Below are positions 36,949 through 48,040 of a DNA stretch of 64,000 nucleotides, piece after piece; the stretch's first letter is position 1, and every line of letters begins with the position of its first letter. The notes beneath the pieces are model-generated. The model saw only the letters and a list, made by a program, of their open reading frames with translations, ran no database searches and was not told the DNA's origin. Source of the stretch: Zygnema circumcarinatum SAG 698-1b (Eukaryota > Plantae > Zygnematophyceae); contig CM074811.1 of the NCBI GenBank assembly GCA_037447605.1, forward strand, positions 620,001 through 684,000, read 5' to 3'. Made by a program: the position numbers and the translations under genes.

Positions 36949-37097
36949 TAGGGCTGCGTTGTTGCGTAGTTTTCCGCTCCTCGCTTGCTTTCTTCTTTGG
37001 TAATTGGGTCTTTTTGCGCCCAGATTAGTTCCTCGTGGTTCCCCATGCTGATGTTGTCCATGCACATTTGATGGCATCATCGCCATCGTGAGATCAA
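36949..37097 (+). repeat. Dispersed repeat, copy 1 (homologous to 48544-48609 and to reverse complement of 58588-58731)
   Basis: Shared blocks TAGGGCTGCGTTGTTGCG, TAGTTTTCCGCTCCT, TCCTCGTGGTTCC, TTTGATGGCATCATCGCCATCGTGAGA. Confidence 0.8.
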
Positions 37098-37446
37098 CGC
37101 CACACTCTCTCTCATATTTGTTTTTGTCTTTTTCGCGTCGGTACGATCCAGTCACGAGGAGCCATACGGGTACAGTAACGTGTCTACTTCCGCTCGCTCG
37201 CTCGCACGTGCGGACATTGAGAGGAGCAATTTGGCATCAGGCGTTGTCGGACTCCCAAACAGCCGTCCGTACACTGATCGCGATTTTTTCGCAACTTTTC
37301 GAGTCAACGTCCGTCAAAAATGAGCTCCCGACGCTGACCGTGACCGTAACGCGACGTGACTGCGTCCTATTGACAGTTTGCTCATACTGTACTGTACCGG
37401 ACGAATGCACGAATGTACAGTACTGTACTGTACTTGAATTTTTGTT

Positions 37447-38384
37447 GGGTAGTGATATTTCCACCCCTTTTTTGGATCCAAACACCCCTTCCCGGCCGGG
37501 CAGCTTTCAAAAGGGATTAAAAAAGGAAAATGCTTTTTTCACACCTTTTTGGAATCGATACCCACCTTCTTCCGTCGGCTGATTTTATTTTTGCTAACCA
37601 GGGAAAATGATACCCCGTCACCGCATTTTGAATACTGTATCCCGCCTCCCTGAATTTTATTTTTGAGGGAAAGAAATATCTGCCTGCCCGAATCCGCTCG
37701 GGGCGGAAGATCCGTCCGGCACGAGATCGTTCGCGGGTGTCAGTCCTTCACACGTGTTTGTCAATCGCAGCTGTCGATTCCCTCGCAGATCTTACCACTG
37801 CAGATCACCGTTCGATCTGCAGCCGGGCTTGATCTCAACGAATGGAAAGCGCCCACGAGTCCCGTCAAAGCCGGATCGCACGTGCGAGTGCGCGCGTACC
37901 TCGGCCCGAGATCTTGTTCTACTGTCAGCTCCCAGCCAATCAACATTTACCACGTGTTAAATTTCTGACGTGGAAATTTTTGATTGGTCCAAACTCTCAA
38001 TGTACAAAAATTTTGGTACGACCGTACCACATGTGTACGGACAATTTTTGAGACGACTTTGGCGGGATACGTGGGCCCGTGCCATTCGCTCTGACCGAGC
38101 CCGGCTGCAGATCAAATAGTGATCTGCCTCGTTGCGATCTGCGAGGGAATCGACGGCTGCGATTGACCGCACGCGAAAAAAAAAAACCAGGTAGGCGGGA
38201 TATTCAAATGGAGTGACGGGTTATTATTTTCTTTGTTTCGCAAAAATACAATCTGCCGATGGAGGGTGGGTATCGATTCCAAAAAGGTGTGAAAAAAGCA
38301 TTTTCCGTTTTTAATCCTTTTTGAAATCTGCCCGGCCGGGAAGGGGTGTTTGGATCCAAAAAAGGGGTGGAAATATCACTACCC
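37447..38384. mobile_element. Non-autonomous fold-back / Mutator-like MITE, 938 bp, long TIRs, 8-bp TSD
   Basis: Left end GGGTAGTGATATTTCCACCCC... (37447) is the reverse complement of right end ...GGGGTGGAAATATCACTACCC (38384). The first ~57 bp match exactly and similarity persists to ~200 bp; a second arm pair is 37760-37875 vs 38052-38167. TTTTTGTT lies directly on both flanks (37439-37446, 38385-38392). No ORF. Confidence 0.85.
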
Positions 38385-39763
38385 TTTTTGTTTCTTGTTT
38401 TCCGTTATAATATCTGACCGGCGAAAAAAGGTGTGTATTGAAACAAAAAAGGGTGTGTAAATAGCATTTTCCTTTGGTATTTGTCCTTTTTTTTTTTTCC
38501 GTCGTGTCGACCGAGCCGATAACGTGAAGGCGCGCAAGAGTCGAGACTCTAGCCCTGAGCGCCAAAACCAAAATGACAACAAAAAGAGGAGCGATCGCTT
38601 GCTTTTGATGAAGGCTCTTTCTGGCTCTCAACCGGTCCGCTCTTGCATTCTCCTGCACGGGAGGTGGAATGAGAGGTAGACGGAGCGGGCATATATGCAA
38701 GGGCTGAATGAGAATGGGAGGTATACAAATGCTGAAGGAGAAGGGAACCGGCCGAAGAGTTTTGAGAATGTAGCGAGCAGGGATGGGTATGTGCTGTTCG
38801 GAGACCAACTATGGTGAGGAGAAACGAACGAGCAGTCGCAGACACACGGACACCTTCGCCTCCCATAACAGGAGGACCTGCAAAGCTCGGTCTCTGGCTA
38901 CCTGCAACTCCCTCCATCGCTGCCATTTGCCTCTTTTCCTACAAGAAGCAGCTTACCTGCCTGAAGCGGGCGCAGGCAAAACCTTTGAGAACGCGTCCCT
39001 GTGGAATGATCAACCCTGGATGCTTTGCAGGACTCCCTCGAGGGACATTGCCCTGCAAGGCTGCAAGGCGGAGAGGCAAGGCAACTGGCAGCACAAGTCG
39101 GAGGCCCTTCGCCTCCCTTCTCTACGGCGAGTTGGGAAACCAATGAAAGACCGGCACACGCAATCCACACAGAATGACATATACAGTTAAGTGTTTCCAC
39201 AACCCTACTTCATCCAAGGTTCAATTGTACCATACTCGCACTCTGTTTCCCTTCATGTATGCACTGTTCCGTCATGTTATTAGCCATTGCATGCCCCACC
39301 TCGCACACTCCCCATCCCTTCGAAACAAGGCGTCTGGACAACAGCCAATTAGCCAATTAAACCGTTGGAGATACCTCCGTAATGAGAAAAAAGGGGAGAG
39401 AGGTTTCTTCTACTAGCAGTCCTCAATTGCTGCCCTACTGAAGCAGCAGCAATGTTCTCTTGCCTGACCTCGTCTACCCCGAGATTGGACCTACCTAGTC
39501 AGCAAGCCCCCCCACCTACGATGGACTAGACCGACCAAAGAGCCTAAACGGTCAAGCCACCCCTGCGGCCCGCAGAGGTGCATGCCCTTGGACAAAAGCG
39601 CAAGACCGCCAGAAAATGGGACGAGTAGATGTAGAAGTAGAAGTCAAAGTAGAAGTAGAAGTAGAACAGCCTTTAAGAGGGCACATGGTCTCCCGTGGTC
39701 CCGCCAGCAAAAAACAAAGGGGGAGAGAGAGAGCGATAGCGAGAGGGAGAAAACGAGAGAGAG

Positions 39764-39826
<63 letters not shown>

Positions 39827-40030
39827 TTTTCCCTACGGCAGCTGGAAAAAGAGGCTGCAAGTGCGTCTCCCTCGTTCTCCCAAACCCTAACTGCGGATTC
39901 TTGAGCAACCAAACCATGTCTATGGTATCCTTTTGCACCACTCCGCACCCGGTTCATAGAATCTACAAGAAGCCTTAAAGAAACCGGCACTCCGTGTCAC
40001 ACGTTGAACACCCTGAAGGAGGGACGGCCG

Positions 40031-42010
40031 CTACCTTCCCCCCCATGGTAGGAAAGCAGAGGATCGAATATGCTGCGCGTGCCTCAAGCTGCAGGAGGAG
40101 CACAGGCAGGGATGTTCCCTGATGAGCTGCCACTGAGCCGACTGCATGTCCAAGGTCCATCCATGGCGGGACACAGCCTTCAGGTGCTTCGCGCCAAAGC
40201 ACTGCCGAGGGAGGCCAATCCGCAAGAGGGAGGGAGATAGCCCCACAGCACAAGCCACCAGTTCCGAGTGGGTCACTCGTGGGCATTGCCCAACATCCAG
40301 CACCTTCAGCCTGCATATGCATACATATATGCACACCACAACCGGCATCAGACAACCCCCAAAATGGCCCATCCACATGCAACGGCAAAGGAAGACCTTC
40401 AGGAGAGGCTTCCGATTTGTAGCTGATAAAACAGGTAATGCATGCAAGGAAAGACGCAGCAGACACTGAGGAAAAAGCGATTTAGGACTAAGAACCGGTC
40501 ACTCACATGGTGCAGCAGCTGGCAATGTTGATGATGCCATCGTCGGTGATGTCGGCACAGCTCGTGAACCGAAGCTCTTCAAGTGAAGGACATCCCTTTG
40601 CGATTGCATCGAGAGTCGTATCGTTTATTGCGGATGTTCGCACATGCAAGGCGGACAGAGATGGCCAGCCGTCGCTGAAAATCTCAGGAGGAACATCCAT
40701 GCATGAATCGAGCACGAGCGTGTCCAGCTGCTGCTCCCTCGTTCGAAGGGACTCTAAGCCTTTGCCGAGTTTGCAGCAAAAGCGGAGGGAAAGTCTTGAG
40801 AGAACTGGACAGGTGTTGATGATGGATTCTAGAGTATTATTGCACTCACAGGCGTCACACTGTAGCTGTTTACCAATTAAAAAAACAAATACGAGAAATT
40901 TTAATCCCTTCTGCAAATCCAACGCTTCTGACCGAAGCTCGTTTCCACTGAACAATGAAAAGAAATAGAAAAGAAGAGCAGAAGGGTTCGGATCACTTTT
41001 AAAGACAGACAGCAAAGACCTGTGAATTCAAGGCTAAACAAAAAGGCATAACATGCGCTGAAAACGACCAAGTCATTGGACGATAATAGAAGGGTTTGAG
41101 AGCATGTAAAACTGAGGAGTTAACTCCGTAAACGAAAAAACAACTCTGGCATCAGCTTCAACAAACCTGCAGACATGACTGGTTAGTCAAACATATCAAT
41201 AGCCTGTTGCTGCTCGACGAAATACAAGCGAATCAAGCAAGCCTGCGAACCTAACAAGGAAACATACATCAGTTCATGGGTACAATCTTCCATGAATCAC
41301 AGCCAATATAACCTCCCGCACAAGACAAAAGCCATACTGAGGAAAAAACTAACCGTAAGGTCCTTCAATTGGAGCCATCCTCCCGCAAAACCGCACTTCT
41401 CAGTTAGTTCAAGCACCGACAATGATGGACAGCTGGTGGAGATAACTGCCAGGCTTGATGAAGTTACAGAGCGACAGTAACATAGACGAAGCACTCTTAG
41501 CTTCTGACAACAGGCAGCTATAGCACATAGGCCTTTGTCAGTGATGTTAAGGCAGCCGGTGCAGGTTAGCTCGTCTAATTGTGGAAACGCATTCGCGATA
41601 GCTATCAATCCAGCATCAGTGATGTTTGATTGCTTCTCCAAGTTCAAAGACTTAAGAGGAAGCCTCACGCTCGCCAGTATCTGGCAGCTGCTGTCCGTAA
41701 AAAAACTGCTTCCGTGATGAAGTGGCAGCTCCAGGTTTGTAACGTTTATAAAACGGACCAGCAACGATCTGAAGAATGCGTCTCCCGGGTTCGACAAAAG
41801 CTTCAGCGTCACTTTGGCAAGCGATGAAATTTGGTAAAAACGCACACAAGTCATCGAAACTGCTGCAAGAGTTTGAGGATCTGTAATCCGGCTGCATATA
41901 TTCAAAAGGCAGCTATCCGATAAGCTCTCAACGGAATGATAGGCGACCTTATGTTGGCCCACCAAACTTTCCCTCGTTTCACCTGCTTCCGCATAGGAAA
42001 AATCCGCCAT
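40031..42010 (-). CDS. F-box/LRR-repeat protein (cysteine-containing AMN1-type LRRs); N-terminus may extend upstream
   Basis: Exons 42010-41354, 40865-40507, 40310-40031. F-box-like SLSDSCLLNICSRI...VSMTCVRF; repeated LRRs ITDAGLIAIANAFPQLDELT, CLNITDKGLCAIAACCQKLRVLRL, INDTTLDAIAKGCPSLEELRFTSCADITDDG, LKVLDVGQCPRVT. The frame is open upstream to 42400, so the start codon is uncertain. Confidence 0.88.
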
Positions 42011-43520
42011 TCTTGTACCATGTTCGACACTTTGCTGCAGTGCCTGGCAAGGACGTTTCTCTGCAGCAGCTCTTACAATGAAGCCGTCTGCTTCTTCAAA
42101 GGAGCGAGGCGCGGGAGGAGAAAGAGAGAGCCACCCTCTTGGAAGTTCCGAAGAGCCGTCACAAGACAGCTTGCCCCCACAGCACAACTTGGATTGTTCC
42201 AGTATTACCCGCTGCAGACACCCCCATCCAAAATCGCCCGTGTGCCTGTGTGACTTTAGTCCATGCATTGCACATTGTTGAAGCGATCTCACAAGTGTAT
42301 CGAGCAAAGCGGTTAGACAAGGTGCACATGCTCTGGAAGGGACTCGAACCAACAGACGAAAACTGGGACAAATATGCACACAGAATGAAAAGTATTCCAA
42401 TCATAAAATATGTTCTGCTTCAAACTGCAAGCATTAAAGGTTCTTCAGAACAGGCAGAAACGTGCCGCAAACTGGCCGGCAATACAAAAGCCTCCTCAGT
42501 AGCTAGCAATATTCAGCAGAAGACTCAGCAGGTCAACTGAAAAAACTGAAATCGTTAAAAAAGAACTGCGTATGCTAGATGCGAATAGTAGCTATCTTCA
42601 GCTACAGCTGTATCTAAGCATGCGACGGCCTCCTCTGCTGCCAACAGCAGCTTTCCATACCTGTCCGTACACTTACATACATTTTTCCTCTACCCTTGCA
42701 TCTTTACAGGTGCGAGTCAGCGAAACAAGCAAGCAAGCAAACAAAAAAAAGCAGAAACAAACAACGAAAGCATCCCGAGAAATCTGGCAGCACCGTAAGC
42801 GAGCAAAAGCATGGCACCTTGTGCCGGCAGCACGGCCCGGACGGCGTCGTCGTGGCCGGACAGCAAGAGGGGGGGCACGGCAGCGGGCTGAAGCAGCACT
42901 CCCGCGGGACCAGGCAGCAGGCCGTTATGGCATGCTCCAGGGAATGCTTATTTTCCGCCAGCACGCCGCCCTCCTTCCTTGGCGACGCCTTTGCAACCAT
43001 TGATCTCTTACGACTGCAGCCCTTCCGACATCCACTTATAGATAAGGCGAGCCCTCCCTCTCTCCCCCTCACCCTCACTCTCCCTCTCTCCCTCTCCCGC
43101 TCCCTCTCCCTCAAAAGCGTTCCGCTTCGCCTTGAAGGGGCCACTCGACCATCCCCAACTCGTGGTTTCGAGTAACTTCCAATAGGGATTCGCCACGTGT
43201 CCCGTATATACGTGGTGAGAGGAGAGCACGAGGTAGTTAGTGGTCACGACCACACGCCATGACCGATGCTCGGGGTCATGACCAGGGACAAGTGGGCATG
43301 ACCAGAATAGACAAAGAGGTTCTACACCAAAATTGACATTTTTCTGTTTTTCAATCAATGAGTGAGGGTTCAAGTCATTTGGGAGCAAAATGAAAGAAAA
43401 AGAAGGGGTAGAAATCAATAACATGCTGCAAACCCTACACAGGTCGGATCAATGGATCGGCAACCATTGGATCGGCAACCATTGGACAACCATTGGATGG
43501 CAATGGTTGGACATCTAATG

Positions 43521-43610
43521 GTTGGCAACCATTGCTACTGGTTGGCAACCATTGCTACTGGTTGGCAACCATTGCTACTGGTTGGCAACCATTGCTACTG
43601 GTTGGCAACC
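43521..43610 (+). repeat. 4.5 x 20-bp minisatellite (GTTGGCAACCATTGCTACTG), preceded by related GGCAACCATT-core units from ~43455
   Basis: Direct reading of 43441-43630. Confidence 0.9.
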
Positions 43611-43797
43611 AGTCGAATGGTTGGTCTAATAGTCCGACCTGTGAATGTTGCACTGTTCATGGGGTCACGAGAACTCGTCACAAGTCATGGCCCCGGTCAT
43701 GACTACACATGACCTTTCCATGACCCCTCGACGTGGCGAGTCCCCAAAGGCGCCAGTCTGCAGCGTGCGCCACGCCGCCGTCAGTCCAATCTCACCT

Positions 43798-44356
43798 GTA
43801 CATTCATCCGTACCTTCCTCTCAGCCAAAGGTTACGGTCATGCCCCGTTCCGTACCATCGGTCACAGTACTATCCGTACGAACGGCAGCCTTTCGTACAG
43901 TCGGACGCGCCCTCCAGTCTGTGCCCTGTCATCCGCTGGAACCACGGCCTTCCGTACGGTGTTACTGTCCGTACAGATGTACACGTGGGGTCGCCAGCTG
44001 TACAGTCCAGAATTCGTACATCCGTACGTATCGACCTCGGCGAACGTTTTGTCGTTTCCGTTTTGGACGCTTTTGGGCTGCGCCGGCAAAAATTTCGCGG
44101 GGACTTTTTGATGAAGCTGCTGTACGGCTGCCCAACTGAACTGGACCGTTCGATAACGACAGAAAAAAAAATCGGACGGATGCGTCGATCGGAGGACTTC
44201 ATTAGCAAAACCAACCGTACGAACTGGGCTTTCGTACATTACCGGTATGAGAAATATCAAAATATCTGCCCTAGCTGAAACCTTTATTCCCTGACCGGCC
44301 GGGAGTGCTTGTTCCTAGCGCACGTGCGGGTACCGTACGGTCAAACAAGGCTGTAC
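43798..44356. promoter_or_regulatory. GTAC-dense intergenic segment (candidate SBP/SPL-binding cluster)
   Basis: 18 GTAC counted in 559 bp against roughly 2 expected at uniform composition; many are CCGTAC or TCGTAC. Confidence 0.45.
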
Positions 44357-45495
44357 GATCGCACTGTTCAGAGGTGGCCACGTGGGCCTCCCCTCGTAAA
44401 AGCGACAAAGCTGAACACGTGGCGCGTGCGGGAGGGTCCACCGCAAATCACGCAGCCAATCACGCTGGAGCCCGGGCTAGAAGTTTTCGGCTTCTCTTTT
44501 TAATGAAATTCGAACCGCAGTTGGCAATTTTTGTGCTCAGTTTGCTGTTATCCAACCAGTTTGCAGTTTGCAGTTTGCAGTTTGCAGTTTTGTGGGTTGC
44601 CCAAGGCATGGGAGGGCTCAGCAGCTACCGTAGAACCAAACGTGCGCTTGCCCAAACACCACACCAATAATGCTCTCTCTCCTTTAGATCAATTCATACA
44701 CATGCAAGTGTGTGTGTGAAGATGAAAGAAAAAAAGCTTGGGAGCGGAAAGCTGCATCTAGTTTATTTGTTTCAATGCTGTAGCAAGCCATTCCATATTC
44801 AGTTTTTTAACGCTTACATGTATTGCTTGGAATTGTATCGTTGGATTGGAACTTCGTTCGTTCCCCCCCCTGTTATAAATAGTATATATATTATTGTGAT
44901 TGGAGTTGTTATTGAACCTCCCGAACTTCGCGGTTAAACCCTGTCGCGGTGACTGCTCGGACTCTACAATCCGTACAATTTTCTTCCGTAAAAACAACGG
45001 ACCGTAGAAAGGGAAGAAAGGCCCGTCACCTGTCACAGTGGCCGTTTGACTGCGAACACTGAACTGAACTGAACACGCAACTGTGGGGCCGTCGCGAGTA
45101 TTGTTTAACTGAACACATGGAAATCCAAAGCTCAGTTTTATCGCCCTCAGGCGCACACATGCCATGCGAGCAGCGCCATGCGGCGAGTTGGAAATGAAAA
45201 GCGAAAAGCCACTTTGGTTTGAATGAGTTTATTATCGTTCATTGCATAAAAAAAAACGCTAAAAATAGCCATTCGCCTTAAGTAACTGCTTACCATAAGC
45301 CCCCCTGCCCTCGCTCCCCACTCCCCTCCCTCCCCCCCCCCAACCTCTCCCCCCATCCTCCCTCCCCCCTGCCCCCGCCCCTCTCTCAACACTCCCTTCA
45401 GTCCCACTTTCACCATGTGAAACTCAAAATACGAAGCGGCACAAATTTTAAAAAATAAGAACCGTCTCATTTCCCTATCTCTCTTACGCACCCGC

Positions 45496-48040
45496 TCACA
45501 ACAACAAGGGGCTCCCCTCCTTTATCAAAACAAATACCCCGCCCCCGTCTCCCCGCGAGATGCGAACCTCCTCATCGAGGTACGTCGTGAGCAGCCACGA
45601 TTGGGCGTTACCGCTTTTAATCGGAAACTTAAGCGGGGGCTGCCCCGACAGCGTCCTCACAGTGGCGGCGGCCGCGTCCTGAAGAGGCTTCAGGAGGGCC
45701 TCCGCCTGGGAGAGGTCGAGGGTGCGGCCGAGGACCTCCACGGAGGGAGGGATCGCAAAGGAGGACTCAGGGAGTTCGGAGGAGCTGATCACTCCCTCTT
45801 GGAATTTGACCTGCAATTCGAAGGGAAGCATTGGGGCGTTGGCCGTTGGCCGTTCCACGTTCCGTTAGGGTACAATCAAGGGGGAGAGAGAGTGGGGATT
45901 GAGGGAGAGAGTGAGGATCAAGAGAGAGAGGGAGAGAGAGAGAGAGGATCAAGAGAGAGAGGGAGAGAGAGAGGATCAAGAGAGGGGGAGAGAGAGGATC
46001 AAGAGAGAGAGAGAGAGTGTGTGAGAGAAGATCAAGAGAGGAGGAGTGAGAGGATCAAGATCGAGAGAAGAAGGATCGAGAGAGAGAGAGAGAGAGGATC
46101 AAGAGAAAGCGTTTTTCACGTCCTTGCAGCTTCGAACTTTCCAGACCCCAAAAATCTCCAGACCACCAACCCTATACACATAACATGTAACAAGATTTGA
46201 AGTGTTTCCATTCATCCACAAGGGCGGACCCTAGTAGCACCCCAAGGCCGAACCCTAATAACCCATATTCTTCAAAGGCCAACCGATAAGAGACCCTAGT
46301 TCTAAAAAGAACGATCAGCTTACAATCCTCGAACCCCAAACTACCCAAAACCAAAAAACGTGAATTTAATTCAATCGCAGTGATTTTCCCCACCTGTAGC
46401 CGCTTTGGACTCCGAATTTCAAAACTGGCTTCAGTAGTGAAGGAGGTGCTCGCAAAAGGTCCTGTGAAGGTGACTCGGTTGGAGAGAAGCCCGGCGATAG
46501 GGTTGATGGTCTGACTGATCTCTCCCACCGTCACAAATGGGAGATTTCCCGCAGCTAAGAGCGGGTACAGCTCTGAGAAGGAGGTGTAGCTGCGGAAAAA
46601 AGGTGCAACGCTTCAGCTCCGGTTTCAGTTACAGTGACAGTTTCAGTTTCAGTTTTTACTTTGGCTTTGGTTTTAGTTTTGGTTTTGGTTTTAATCTACT
46701 CGATGGGAGCCGGTTTTGATTGAAGGTAAGAGTTTATGAGAATGGCGTGAGATAAAGAGGACCGGGGAAAGGGAGGGGGAGGGGGAAGACGAGAGAGAGA
46801 GATAGAGTGACAGAAACTTTGAGTTCTATGGATATACGTAAGGAAGGAAACAAAAAAGATTTCTATACATAAAGAAAGTTCCATGGGCACGTAGTTTTGC
46901 AAGGTTGAGATGGACTATTTTGAATGTGAAAATTAAAATGACAGTCTAATCTCAGCAAGCCCAGAGTCGCGAAAAATGGGATTTAAAGCTGCATAAATGA
47001 AAGGAGGAACTTGGAGAGAGAAATAAAACTTACTAGCCTGTTAACTTCAGGAACACACTCTACTTCCTAAGACTGAAGCGACTCACTGCAGTCATTGTGC
47101 CCCAACACGTCGGCTCTCGACATCAGATGGGCTGAGAAGTTCAAGTAGAAAAAGGAAATAAACTACGTTTTGAATTCAACGGTCTTTACCACATTTTCCC
47201 TCCTGGACTAAATGCTGAAACGTAATCAGCTTCCTCGTATCGCTTCAACGTAGTGAAAATCAGACATATAGAATAGATCTGATAAGGAGAGGATTGAGAG
47301 ATGGGGAAAGACTGGGACGGGCAGAGAGAGGGTGGACAGGTAGAGAGGAAGACAGATAGAGGCGACAGAAGGAAACAAAAAAGAGGAAAACAAAGAAAGA
47401 GAGGATAACGTGGGAAAAGAGTTCGCTCACTCACGAGAGCGCACTCGCTCTTGAGAGGGAAAGAGAGAGAAAGGGAGAGAGAGAGAGGGAGAGAGAGAGA
47501 GAGAGGGACTCACGCCAAGATCCACTTCCCGTTGAGGAGGTCTGCCGCCTCCGCGGTAGAGGGCGTGGGGTTCAGGGCTTCAAGCTGCGCCACGAGCTCC
47601 GCCACCTCCGCACGCGTGTCGCTGCTTGCCCTAAACCCTCGTTCCGTGCCGTACAGCGAGTCCACAAGGGCCTGCTTCAGTGAGGACACATCCGACCCTT
47701 CAGAGGGAGAGGGAGAGGGTTCGGAGGGTTCAGAGGGTTCAGAAGGTTCAGAGGGAGAGGGAGGGGGAGAAGGTTCAGCGGGAGGGGGGGCGATTTCCTC
47801 ATCGTAGTCTTCGGGGGAGGTTTCGGAGGAGGCGGCAGCGCGGATATGGCGGCGGGAGGAGGCAGATTTAGAGCTAAGAGTTGGGCGGAGGAGGGACGGG
47901 GATAGGGAGGGGGAGGAGGAGGACGTGAGGGAGAGGAAAGAGGCGTGGGACGAGGGGGCTTGCTGGAGTGAGGTGGGGGCGGCAGCGAGGGAGAGGGAGG
48001 CCACGGACGGGAGAGCGGCTGCGACATAAATTGCAGCCAT
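45496..48040 (-). CDS. Plastid lipid-associated protein / fibrillin (PAP_fibrillin, FBN1/2-like)
   Basis: Exons 48040-47514, 46589-46394, 45810-45496. Ser/Ala-rich transit peptide, [71 protein letters not shown]. Confidence 0.95.

Noticed and set aside
37030-37046. Similarity of TCCTCGTGGTTCCCC to the 5S rRNA 3' end
   Set aside because: Only a short word matches; no other 5S sequence or internal promoter boxes are present.
43521-43610. RFX X-box resemblance of GGTTGGCAACC
   Set aside because: Half-site order and spacing do not fit the X-box, and RFX factors are not known in green plants.
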